Assembly: GCF_000012925.1 (NCBI RefSeq)
Contig: NC_007517.1
Location: 2,880,001 to 2,912,000, forward strand
Reading direction: 5' to 3'
Origin: Geobacter metallireducens GS-15
GTDB lineage: Bacteria > Desulfobacterota > Desulfuromonadia > Geobacterales > Geobacteraceae
DNA length: 32,000 nucleotides
Part shown: piece after piece, positions 24,679 to 32,000 of the stretch
How the letters are laid out: every line of letters begins with the position of its first letter
Numbering within the stretch: the first letter of the stretch is position 1
Position numbers and translations under genes: made by a program
Notes under the pieces: generated by a model
What the model was told of the DNA's origin: nothing
Seen by the model: the letters and a program-made list of their open reading frames with translations, nothing else
The model's database searches: none

Positions 24679-25449
24679 TTACAGCCCGATGATGTTATAG
24701 CCGCTGTCCACGAAGTGAATCTCGCCGGAAACGCCGCTCGCAAGGGAGCTGGCCAGGTAGACGGCCGCCCCTGCCACCTCGTCCTGGCTGATATTGCGGC
24801 GAAGGGGCGCCTTTTCCGCCACGTGGCCGGCGATCTGATTGAATCCCCCCACCCCGGATGAAGCCAGGGTCTTCAGGGGGCCGGCAGAAATGGCGTTCAC
24901 CCGGATCCCGTCGGAACCCACGGCCTCGGCCAGGTATTTGACGCTCATCTCCAAAGCGGCCTTGGCAACCCCCATCACGTTGTAGTTCGGGAAAACCTTC
25001 TGGCCGCCATAGTAGGTAAGCGCGAGAACACTCCCCTCCCTTCCCGCCATGAAGGGGTGGGCCGCCTTCATGAGGGCAATGAGGGAGTAGGCACTGATAT
25101 CGAGGGCAAGGGCAAACCCCTCGCGGGTCGTATTGAGGAACGATCCCTTGAGCTCCTCCTTGCCGGCGAAGGCGATGGAATGGACGAGGATATCGATCCC
25201 CCCCCACGCCTTTCCTATCTCTTCAAAGACACTCTGTATCTCCGCGTCGTTGCGCACGTCACAGGGGAGCACGAGTGACGCCCCGACGCTCTCCGCCAGG
25301 GGGATCACCCGCTTCGCCACCGTCTCGTTGGCATAGGTTACGGCCAGTTCGGCCCCTTCGCGACGGAACGCCTGGGCAATGGCCCATGCGATGCTCTTCT
25401 CGTTGGCGATACCGAAAATGACCGCCTTCTTGCCATCCAAAAGCCCCAT
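24679..25449 (-). CDS. fabI: Enoyl-[acyl-carrier-protein] reductase (NADH), FabI
   Basis: MGLLDGKKAVIFGIANEKSIAW.., SDR fold with the Y..M...K catalytic pattern (YNVMGVAKAALE). SD AGGAGG. Confidence 0.95.
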   Translation of the reverse strand: MGLLDGKKAVIFGIANEKSIAWAIAQAFRREGAELAVTYANETVAKRVIPLAESVGASLVLPCDVRNDAEIQSVFEEIGKAWGGIDILVHSIAFAGKEELKGSFLNTTREGFALALDISAYSLIALMKAAHPFMAGREGSVLALTYYGGQKVFPNYNVMGVAKAALEMSVKYLAEAVGSDGIRVNAISAGPLKTLASSGVGGFNQIAGHVAEKAPLRRNISQDEVAGAAVYLASSLASGVSGEIHFVDSGYNIIGL

Positions 25450-25683
25450 TCAGATTCCTCCTGAAACAGAGACGGCGCTTTCCGGCGCCATCCATTTCGT
25501 TCCTGACAATGTTGATAATCTTCTCGGCGACAAGGGAGTTCGACGCCCGGTCCGAGAGCCGTCAAGGGAGCCCCGCAGGCTACTCGGGCGCCACAACAAC
25601 AGAGGGGGATAGTAATAAAAAAACCTATTTTTGGCAAGACATATGGGGTATTTGGTGGCAAACTACTCGGAGGGGTAATCACC

Positions 25684-27345
25684 ATGATCGACACGTTCAA
25701 CGCGGTTATCGAGGGAAGTGAGCGTCTGAGCGGTCTCGCCGACGTGGACGAGGTAGTGAAGGACCTGTCCCGGCTGCTCAAGAGGCTGGTCAAGAGCAGA
25801 TGGATTGCCGTTTATTTCTTCGACCGGGAGCGACGCGATTTCGCACCGGCCAGAAGCTACGGCCTTCCTGCCCGCTTCGTCCCCATCTTCCGGGATATGC
25901 CCCTTGTCCCCGACAAGATCCCCCTTCTCAAGGGGCTGCTCCAGAAGAAACAGCATCTGCTCCTGTCCGACCCGAGCGTGTCGCACCTCATTCCCCAGAA
26001 GTTGAGAAAGCTCCTGCGCAACCTGACGCTGCTGGCCGTGCCGATGGTGGCCCGCAACCAGGTAATCGGGGCGGTATTCGTGGCCCGGGCCAGGGAACTC
26101 CCCCCCTTTTCCCCCGATGAAGTGGCGGTGATCCGCGACATGATCTCCCACGCGGCCCTTATCGTCTCCCACATCCAACTCTTCGACGAATCCCTCGACA
26201 TGGCCCTGGATCTGGCGGGGCGAATCGACGTGATCCTTACCCTCGACGAAATCAACAAGGCGATCTCGTCGTCCCTTTCCAGCGACAAGGTCCTGGGAAC
26301 CGCCATGGAGCATGTGGAGCGGATAACGGGGTGCGAATTCGTGGCGATCCTCCAGGTGGAGGGGAGTAAAATGGCGATCATGGCATCCCACGCCGGAGAG
26401 CTTCCGGTCCCCGACATTCTCCGCGCCGGTTCACGACTCCCCCGGGGGCGATGCGCCGCGTGGAATGCCCGTCGCAACGGACGCAGCACGAGCGTCGTCT
26501 TCATGGAGAAAACCGAGGGGATGCCCCCCGTGGATCAGGCACTCTACTCCCTTGGCATCCGGTCGGTTCTGGCCATTCCGCTGGTGGTCCGGAATGAGGT
26601 AAAGGGGGTACTCCTTCTGGGGGACACCGAGGCGGGGAAATTCGCCCGGGGCGAGACCTTCACCATCGAGAAGATCGCATCCCAGATGGCGGTGGCTCTG
26701 GAAAACGCCCGGCTCTACGAAGACATGCGGAGCCTCTTCATCAACACCGTGGCGAGCCTCGCCAACGCCATCGATGCCAAGAGCCCCTGGACCAAGGGGC
26801 ACTCGGAGCGGGTCATGCACATCGCGGCCCGCATCGCGAAGGAAATGGGGTTTTCCGAACAGGAGGTGGAGAAGGTGCGGCTCGGCGGCCTCCTCCACGA
26901 CATCGGCAAGATCGGGGTAATCGAGGCGGTCCTGGAAAAACCGGCGGTCCTCTCCGACGACGAGTTCCCCCCGCTTCGGGCCCACCCGGAGAAGGGGGTT
27001 GCGATTCTCTCTCCCATCGCCCAGTTGAATGACGTTCTCCCCGCCATCCTCCACCACCACGAGCGCTATGATGGCAAAGGCTATCCCAAGGGGCTCAAGG
27101 GTGAGGAAATCCCCCTCTCGGCACGGATCGTTTCGGTTGCCGACTCCTTTGACGCCATGGTGTCGGAGCGCCCCTACAAGAAAGGGTATACCATCGGCGA
27201 GGCCATTGCCGAGTTGCGCAGGGAGGCGGGGAGACAGTTCGACCCGAAGGTGGTGGAGTGCTTCTGCCGTTACCTTGAACGGACCATGGGGAGGGAACTC
27301 TCCGGAGACTTTCCGGAGGCGTTCAAGAAGGTTGCGGGAGGGTAG
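25684..27345 (+). CDS. GAF-domain-containing HD-GYP protein (probable c-di-GMP phosphodiesterase)
   Basis: Two GAF-like regions followed by HD-GYP motifs: GHSERV, LLHDIGKIGV and HHERYDGKGYPKGL. Confidence 0.9.
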   Translation: MIDTFNAVIEGSERLSGLADVDEVVKDLSRLLKRLVKSRWIAVYFFDRERRDFAPARSYGLPARFVPIFRDMPLVPDKIPLLKGLLQKKQHLLLSDPSVSHLIPQKLRKLLRNLTLLAVPMVARNQVIGAVFVARARELPPFSPDEVAVIRDMISHAALIVSHIQLFDESLDMALDLAGRIDVILTLDEINKAISSSLSSDKVLGTAMEHVERITGCEFVAILQVEGSKMAIMASHAGELPVPDILRAGSRLPRGRCAAWNARRNGRSTSVVFMEKTEGMPPVDQALYSLGIRSVLAIPLVVRNEVKGVLLLGDTEAGKFARGETFTIEKIASQMAVALENARLYEDMRSLFINTVASLANAIDAKSPWTKGHSERVMHIAARIAKEMGFSEQEVEKVRLGGLLHDIGKIGVIEAVLEKPAVLSDDEFPPLRAHPEKGVAILSPIAQLNDVLPAILHHHERYDGKGYPKGLKGEEIPLSARIVSVADSFDAMVSERPYKKGYTIGEAIAELRREAGRQFDPKVVECFCRYLERTMGRELSGDFPEAFKKVAGG

Positions 27346-27355
27346 CCCTCGCCCT

Positions 27356-27547
27356 TCATTGCCGGACCTCCTCCCGAAGCCGATCCTCGATGGCGGCAAG
27401 GCGCCGGTCGATGGATTCCAGGAGCACATGGTTCTGTTCCACCTTCCCCTTTATGGCAAGAACCACGAACGGCATGACAAGCCAGACCACCGTCAGGATC
27501 AGGCCGAGAATCCACATCATCACCATGAAACCGCCAACGATTTCCAT
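27356..27547 (-). CDS. Putative small membrane protein, 63 aa (one TM helix plus amphipathic C-terminal helix)
   Basis: MEIVGGFMVMMWILGLILTVVWLVMPFVVLAIKGK then a charged helix. SD GGGGGGAG. A good TTGACA-17-TACCCT promoter lies upstream. Confidence 0.55.
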   Translation of the reverse strand: MEIVGGFMVMMWILGLILTVVWLVMPFVVLAIKGKVEQNHVLLESIDRRLAAIEDRLREEVRQ

Positions 27548-27583
27548 GCTCCCCCCCTTTTATCGCCCGACATCCGCTCTTGA

Positions 27584-27612
27584 AGGGTAATTCCCGCTCC
27601 GCCGAATGTCAA
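27584..27612 (-). promoter_or_regulatory. Candidate sigma70 promoter for the 63-aa ORF (TTGACA-17 nt-TACCCT)
   Basis: The minus strand reads cgaTTGACAttcggcggagcgggaatTACCCTtc, about 35 nt upstream of the ATG. Motif match only. Confidence 0.35.
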
Positions 27613-27679
27613 TCGCAGGGGGCTGCCCCCTGTCATAGCCGGGAAATATTCCTTGCCTTTTTTGCCCCCCGTGCTACCA

Positions 27680-27696
27680 TGCTTAAATTTTAAGCA
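27680..27696. promoter_or_regulatory. Perfect 17-bp palindrome TGCTTAAA-T-TTTAAGCA, candidate operator overlapping the dusB promoter region
   Basis: Read directly. It lies 30-46 nt upstream of the dusB ATG and overlaps -10-like hexamers (TACCAT at 27675-27680, TAAATT at 27684-27689). Confidence 0.3.
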
Positions 27697-27725
27697 CATC
27701 ATCGCCACACGAATAGAAATAACCA

Positions 27726-28700
27726 ATGCTCAACCCCCTGGCCATCGGCCCCCTGACCCTGGCAAACAATCTGATCCTCGCCCCCATGGCGGGAATTACG
27801 AACCTCCCCTTCCGGCTTCTGGCCCGGGAGGAGGGGGCGAGCCTCTGCTTTACCGAGATGGTGAGCGTGAACGGCCTCGTGCGGGAGGGGCGCAAGACCT
27901 TCGAGCTTCTGCGAAGCGTGCCGGAGGACCGTCCCCTGGGGATCCAGCTCTTCGGCGACGACCCGCAGCTTCTGGCCGAAGGGGCACGGATGGTGGAGGG
28001 GCACGGCGACCTCATCGACATCAACATGGGATGCCCGGTCAAGAAGGTGGTCGGCACCGGGGCCGGCAGCGCCCTGTTGCGGGAGCCGGCAAAGGTCCGG
28101 GCCATCATCCGTGAGACCCGCCGCGCCACACGCCTTCCCCTGACCGTCAAGATCCGCAGCGGCTGGGCCTGCGGCGAGGCCAACTTCCTTGATATCGCCC
28201 AGATTGCCGAGGAGGAGGGGTGCGACGCCATCACCCTCCACCCCCGGAGCCGGTCCCAGATGTTCGAGGGGCACGCCGACTGGCAGCAGATCGCCGAGAT
28301 GAAGCAGAGCGTGAAAATCCCCGTCATCGGCAGCGGCGATCTCTTCACCGCCGCCGACGTCACCGCCATGCTGGCCGAAACCGGCTGCGACGGAGTCATG
28401 GTGGCCCGGGGCGCCCTGGGTAACCCGTGGATCTTCCGCCAGGCCCTGGCCCTCCTGGACGGCAGGGAACCGGACGCACCCTCCACCGGGGAGCGGCTCC
28501 GCGCCGCGCTCCGACACCTGGAGCTCTTCACGGAGCTCGCCGGCGAGCGGGTGGCCCTGCGGGAGATGCGCAAGCACTTCAGCTGGTATTCCCACGGTCT
28601 CTCCGGCGCGGCCCAGTTCCGCAAGGCCGTCAACATCATCGAGGGAAAGGAAGCCCTTCTCGAAGCGCTGCACCGCTTCTTCGCGCCGGAGGCGCCATGA
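27726..28700 (+). CDS. dusB: tRNA-dihydrouridine synthase (DusB-like)
   Basis: LAPMAGITNLPFR.., MGCPVKKV and a TIM-barrel Dus family pattern. Its stop overlaps the kinase ATG (ATGA at 28697-28700). Confidence 0.92.
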   Translation: MLNPLAIGPLTLANNLILAPMAGITNLPFRLLAREEGASLCFTEMVSVNGLVREGRKTFELLRSVPEDRPLGIQLFGDDPQLLAEGARMVEGHGDLIDINMGCPVKKVVGTGAGSALLREPAKVRAIIRETRRATRLPLTVKIRSGWACGEANFLDIAQIAEEEGCDAITLHPRSRSQMFEGHADWQQIAEMKQSVKIPVIGSGDLFTAADVTAMLAETGCDGVMVARGALGNPWIFRQALALLDGREPDAPSTGERLRAALRHLELFTELAGERVALREMRKHFSWYSHGLSGAAQFRKAVNIIEGKEALLEALHRFFAPEAP

Positions 28701-29788
28701 GCCCGGAAAGCCCCAACGAAGCGTTCCTTGCCACCATCATCGACAGCGTCGGCGACGGGGTCATCGTCATCGACCTGGGGGGGCGGATCACCCTCATGAA
28801 CCCTGCGGCCGAGGAGATCATCGCCATCTCCCGGCGCCAGGCCATGGGGCACCCCTTCGCGGCCCTCCTCGGCAGTCAGGAGATTCTGGTGGATATGGTC
28901 GCCAAGACCGCCGCCACCGGCATGACCATCTCCGACAACGAGAACATCGTCATCAGGAAGGCGAAGCAGCTTACCCCGGTCGCGGTCACCACGTTTCCGC
29001 TCCTGCGGCAGGACGGCGAGCCCATCGGCACCATCCTCATGCTGCGGGACCTGACGAACATCCGGGAACTGGAAGATGCGGTCCGCCACGCCGACCGGCT
29101 CTCCACCCTCGGCACCCTGGCGGCGGGCCTGGCCCACGAGATCAAGAACCCTCTGGGGGGGATCAAGGGGGCGGCCCAGCTTCTGGAAATGGAGCTCCCC
29201 CCCGAGAGCGAACTGCGGGACAACGTCCGGGTCGTGGTCAGGGAGGTGGACCGGGTCAACCGGATCGTGGAGGAGCTCCTGGCACTCTCATCGCCCCGCA
29301 AGCTCCAACTCACCAAGGTGAACCTCCACAAGATCCTCGGCGACATTGTCACTCTCAGGAAACGGGCCACGGAAGGGAAGTCCGTCACGTTCCAGCAGCA
29401 GTTCGACCCGAGCATCCCGCCGATCCTGGCCGACGAGGGGCTCCTGACCCAGCTCTTCCTGAACCTGATCAAGAACGCCGTGGAGGCGGTGGACGAGCGG
29501 GGCACCATCCGGGTCGCGAGCCGGGTCCTCTCCGACTACAGCATGACCCCGAAGGGGGAGCGCCGCTCCCGCATGGTGGCCGTCGATGTCCGCGACGACG
29601 GCCCCGGTATCCCCAGGGAGCAACTGGAGCAGCTCTTCACCCCCTTCTTCACCACCAAGGCCAAGGGGACCGGACTCGGCCTCGCCATCTGCCAGAAGAT
29701 CGTCACAGAGCACCGGGGCATGCTCAAGGTGGAATCGGACCCGGGCACGGGGACGACGTTCACGGTGATGCTGCCGTTAATTCAGTAA
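28697..29788 (+). CDS. NtrB-type sensor histidine kinase (PAS, HisKA, HATPase_c), cytoplasmic
   Basis: PAS-like N-terminus (IIDSVGDGVIVIDLGGRITLMNPAAEE), H-box LAHEIKNPLGGI, N-box LNLIKNAVEA, G1 DDGPGI and G2 GTGLGLAI. I place the start at the ATG at 28697, coupled to dusB, not at the track start 28427. Confidence 0.9.
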   Translation: MSPESPNEAFLATIIDSVGDGVIVIDLGGRITLMNPAAEEIIAISRRQAMGHPFAALLGSQEILVDMVAKTAATGMTISDNENIVIRKAKQLTPVAVTTFPLLRQDGEPIGTILMLRDLTNIRELEDAVRHADRLSTLGTLAAGLAHEIKNPLGGIKGAAQLLEMELPPESELRDNVRVVVREVDRVNRIVEELLALSSPRKLQLTKVNLHKILGDIVTLRKRATEGKSVTFQQQFDPSIPPILADEGLLTQLFLNLIKNAVEAVDERGTIRVASRVLSDYSMTPKGERRSRMVAVDVRDDGPGIPREQLEQLFTPFFTTKAKGTGLGLAICQKIVTEHRGMLKVESDPGTGTTFTVMLPLIQ

Positions 29789-29789
29789 C

Positions 29790-29867
29790 CAGGGACCAGG
29801 AACCGGGGACCAGTGGAATCAAAGTCAAGCGACTTTCGGTTTTACCGGTCCCCGGTCCCCGGTCCCG
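29790..29867. repeat. Inverted heptamer-array element, copy A: (CNGGRAC)x4, 29-nt spacer, (GGTCCCC)x3
   Basis: Left arm at 29790-29817 and right arm at 29847-29867. 20 of 24 aligned positions are complementary. The spacer holds the mini-hairpin AAAGTC-aagc-GACTTT. Confidence 0.9.
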
Positions 29868-29885
29868 GATTTCCGAGGTTTTATC

Positions 29886-31328
29886 ATGTTATTGCACCGC
29901 ATACTCGTAGCCGACGACGAAGAAAGCATGCGCTGGGTCCTCTCCAAGGCCCTGCGGAAAAAGGGATTTTCCGTGGATCTCGCCCGGGACGGCGAAGAGG
30001 CCCTGCGCCTCATCCAGTCCGGCGACTATGATCTGGCGATCCTTGACATCAAGATGCCCGGCATTTCGGGGCTCGACCTCCTGGACCGGGTGAAGGAGCT
30101 GAAGAGCGACCTCCTCATGGTGATCATGACCGCCGAGGCAAGCATGAAGAACGCCGTGGAGGCCATGAAGCGCGGCGCCTACGACTACATCACCAAGCCC
30201 TTCGACCTGGACGTGATCGACGCCATCATCGAGAAGGTGAACCGGGCCAGGGAGATCACCTCCCAGATGTCGATCCTCCGGGAGGAACTGAAGGACCGCT
30301 ATCTCCTGGAGAAGAACATCGTCGGTAACTCCCCGGCCATGCGGGAGGTCTACAAGACCATCGGCAAGGTGGCTCCCAGCGACGTAACGGTGCTGGTGCA
30401 GGGGGAGTCGGGGACCGGCAAGGAGCTCATCGCCCGGGCCATCCATTTCAACTCCAAACGGATCGGCAAGCCGTTCATTGCCCTCAACTGCGCAGCGATC
30501 CCCAAGGAACTCCTGGAGAGCGAGCTCTTCGGCTTCGAGAAGGGGGCCTTCACCGGCGCCGCGGAGCGCAAACTCGGCAAGTTCGAGCAGGCCAACGGCG
30601 GCACTATCTTCCTGGACGAGATCGGCGACATGCCCCTGGACCTCCAGGCGAAGATCCTGCGGGTCCTCCAGGAGAAGGAGGTGACCCGCACCGGTGGGAG
30701 CCAGAACATCGCCGTGGACGTGCGGATCGTGGCGGCCACCAACCAGAACCTGGAGGAACTGGCCCGGAACAAACAGTTCCGGGAAGACCTCTACTACCGC
30801 CTGAACGTGGTGCCCATCCAGCTGGTGCCGCTGCGGGAGCGCAAGGAGGACATCCCGGCCCTGGTGGAGTACTTCCTCCACAAGACCTGTGCCGAACTGG
30901 AGGTCCCCGGCAGGACCTGCTCCCCCGAGACCATGGCGCTCCTCACCGCCTACTCCTGGCCCGGCAACGTGCGGGAGCTGGAGAACACCATCAAAAGGGC
31001 CGTGATCCTCTCCTCCGACCCGCTCCTCACGCCGGCAGACTTTCCGGGGCTCCGCATCCAGCGCACCGGCGAGGCCGTCGCCACCGACGAGCTGTCGCTT
31101 GAGGCCCTGGTGGACATGAAGCTGCGGGCGAGCCTCACCAATCTCGACAAGATGGAGACCGGCGACATCTACAACCTGGTCCTCAAACAGATCGAACGCC
31201 CCCTCATCCGCTTCGTCCTGGAAAAGACCCGGGGGAACCAAGTGAAGGGCGCCGAAATCCTCGGCATCAACCGGAACACACTCCGGAAGAAGATCCAGGA
31301 ACTGGGCATCGAAATCAGGAGAGACTGA
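29886..31328 (+). CDS. Sigma54-dependent response regulator (NtrC family: REC, AAA+ with GAFTGA, Fis-type HTH)
   Basis: REC with the phospho-acceptor context DLAILDIKMPG. AAA+ with GESGTGKE, GAFTGA and FLDEIGDM. C-terminal HTH NQVKGAEILGINRNTLRKKI. Confidence 0.93.
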   Translation: MLLHRILVADDEESMRWVLSKALRKKGFSVDLARDGEEALRLIQSGDYDLAILDIKMPGISGLDLLDRVKELKSDLLMVIMTAEASMKNAVEAMKRGAYDYITKPFDLDVIDAIIEKVNRAREITSQMSILREELKDRYLLEKNIVGNSPAMREVYKTIGKVAPSDVTVLVQGESGTGKELIARAIHFNSKRIGKPFIALNCAAIPKELLESELFGFEKGAFTGAAERKLGKFEQANGGTIFLDEIGDMPLDLQAKILRVLQEKEVTRTGGSQNIAVDVRIVAATNQNLEELARNKQFREDLYYRLNVVPIQLVPLRERKEDIPALVEYFLHKTCAELEVPGRTCSPETMALLTAYSWPGNVRELENTIKRAVILSSDPLLTPADFPGLRIQRTGEAVATDELSLEALVDMKLRASLTNLDKMETGDIYNLVLKQIERPLIRFVLEKTRGNQVKGAEILGINRNTLRKKIQELGIEIRRD

Positions 31329-31331
31329 AAG

Positions 31332-31458
31332 CCGGGACCGGGGATCAGGGACCGGGGATCAGGAAAAATCAAAAACAGCAACAAGCGAATCGGTACCATG
31401 GCCATCTACGGAGCATTACCGGGTTTTCCCGGTCCCTGGTCCCCGGTCCCCGGTCCCG
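31332..31458. repeat. Inverted heptamer-array element, copy B: (CNGGGAY)x5, 64-nt spacer, (GGTCCCN)x4
   Basis: Left arm at 31332-31366 (CCGGGAC CGGGGAT CAGGGAC CGGGGAT CAGGAAA). Right arm at 31431-31458 (GGTCCCT GGTCCCC GGTCCCC GGTCCCG). About 26 of 31 positions are complementary. The spacer ends are homologous to copy A. Confidence 0.9.
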
Positions 31459-31485
31459 AATTCCGACTGAAAGGAGGAATTACCA

Positions 31486-32000
31486 ATGGGCATCATGGAC
31501 ACGTTTTTTCTCGACCGGAACCAGGCGGTACTCGTCGTCGTGGACGTGCAGGAGAAGCTCTGCGCGGCCATGAACCAGGAGGTCCTGGCACAACTCACGA
31601 AGAACACCGGCATCCTCCTGGAGGCCGCGAAGGAGCTCGGCATCCCGGTGGTGGCCACGGAGCAGTACGTGAAGGGTCTCGGCTGCACCGTGCCGGAGCT
31701 GCGGCAACAGTTCGAGGGAGCAGCCTTCGAGAAGATGGCCTTCAGCTGCTGCGGCGATGAGGCCTTCCTGAACCGGTTGGCGGAGCTGGGGCGGAAGCAG
31801 GTGATCGTCACCGGCATGGAGACCCACGTCTGCGTCCTCCAGACGATCCTGGAGCTCCGGGAGCGGGGATATCACGTCCACCTGGTGAAGGATGCGGTCA
31901 TGAGTCGCAAAAAAGGGAACTGGAAGGTGGGGGTCAACGCCGCAGCAGCGGCCGGCGCGGCCATCACCTCCACCGAGGCGGCCCTGTTCCAGCTCCTGCG
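31486..32000 (+). CDS. Isochorismatase-family hydrolase (partial, continues past the window end)
   Basis: Missing from the ORF track because it runs off the edge. My translation from the ATG at 31486, behind SD AAGGAGG, reads MGIMDTFFLDRNQAVLVVVDVQEKLCAAM...EKMAFSCC...VIVTGMETHVCVLQTILEL.. This shows the D/K/C triad pattern of the cysteine-hydrolase family. Confidence 0.85.
   Translation, partial: MGIMDTFFLDRNQAVLVVVDVQEKLCAAMNQEVLAQLTKNTGILLEAAKELGIPVVATEQYVKGLGCTVPELRQQFEGAAFEKMAFSCCGDEAFLNRLAELGRKQVIVTGMETHVCVLQTILELRERGYHVHLVKDAVMSRKKGNWKVGVNAAAAAGAAITSTEAALFQLL

Noticed and set aside
23169-24692. 507-aa ORF on the + strand
   Set aside because: It is antisense to hflX. The same reasoning applies to the long shadow ORFs at 9025..10140 (+), 10346..11182 (-), 27683..29137 (-), 27699..28673 (-) and 29889..31241 (-).
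25450-25683. 234-nt divergent intergenic region between fabI and the HD-GYP gene, checked for a riboswitch, sigma54 or sigma70 signals
   Set aside because: There are only weak 5-bp hairpins and poorly spaced hexamers. It has no resemblance I can recognise to the GEMM/c-di-GMP or other riboswitch cores, so nothing is reportable from sequence alone.
27548-27725. Sigma54-like motifs on the minus strand (TGGTAGCACGGGGGGCA; TGGCGATGATGTGCTT)
   Set aside because: Both have GG-to-GC spacing off by one, long and short respectively. The TTGACA-17-TACCCT sigma70 candidate fits better.
31399-31415. Sigma54-like motif TGGCCATCTACGGAGCA inside the spacer of heptamer element B
   Set aside because: GG and GC are separated by 11 nt instead of the canonical 10, so it is probably not a functional -24/-12 promoter. 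I kept it only as a note in case spacing tolerance is tested.

Overview
High-GC (over 60% by eye) chromosomal segment. Gene content and composition suggest Desulfuromonadales/Geobacter, which is an inference. The left edge (1-3080) is an accessory patch. It holds an IS21-family element (istA, cut by the window edge) inserted into an IS5-family transposase gene. Next come a markedly AT-rich orphan gene for an RsbW/SpoIIAB-type GHKL ATPase and a 33-bp tandem repeat. The rest is tightly packed core: lon-mlaE-mlaF-mlaD (all junctions translationally coupled or 4 nt apart), an ABC-F ATPase, and RNase E with a long Arg-rich tail. These are followed by a beta-barrel OMP, an isolated promoter/small-ORF/terminator unit, an archaeal-type SAM synthetase and a YidE/YbjL-type transporter. 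Then come an unknown 140-aa protein, an Smr protein, an OmpA-like lipoprotein, a permease, a TPR membrane protein and an MltD-like lytic transglycosylase. The window ends with hflX, fabI, a GAF/HD-GYP protein, dusB, an NtrB/NtrC-type pair and a partial isochorismatase-family gene. I saw no rRNA, tRNA or CRISPR array. The most unusual signal is a family of GGGGACC/GGTCCCC heptamer arrays. Two homologous inverted-array elements fill the intergenic gaps on either side of the sigma54-type response regulator gene. A fifth array lies in frame inside the ABC-F gene. Other points are an hflX reading frame that extends upstream of any canonical start codon and an archaeal-type MAT with no Shine-Dalgarno sequence. 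I could not identify a complete multi-gene system that I can defend as a new defence or biological system. The best candidates are flagged with explicit tests.
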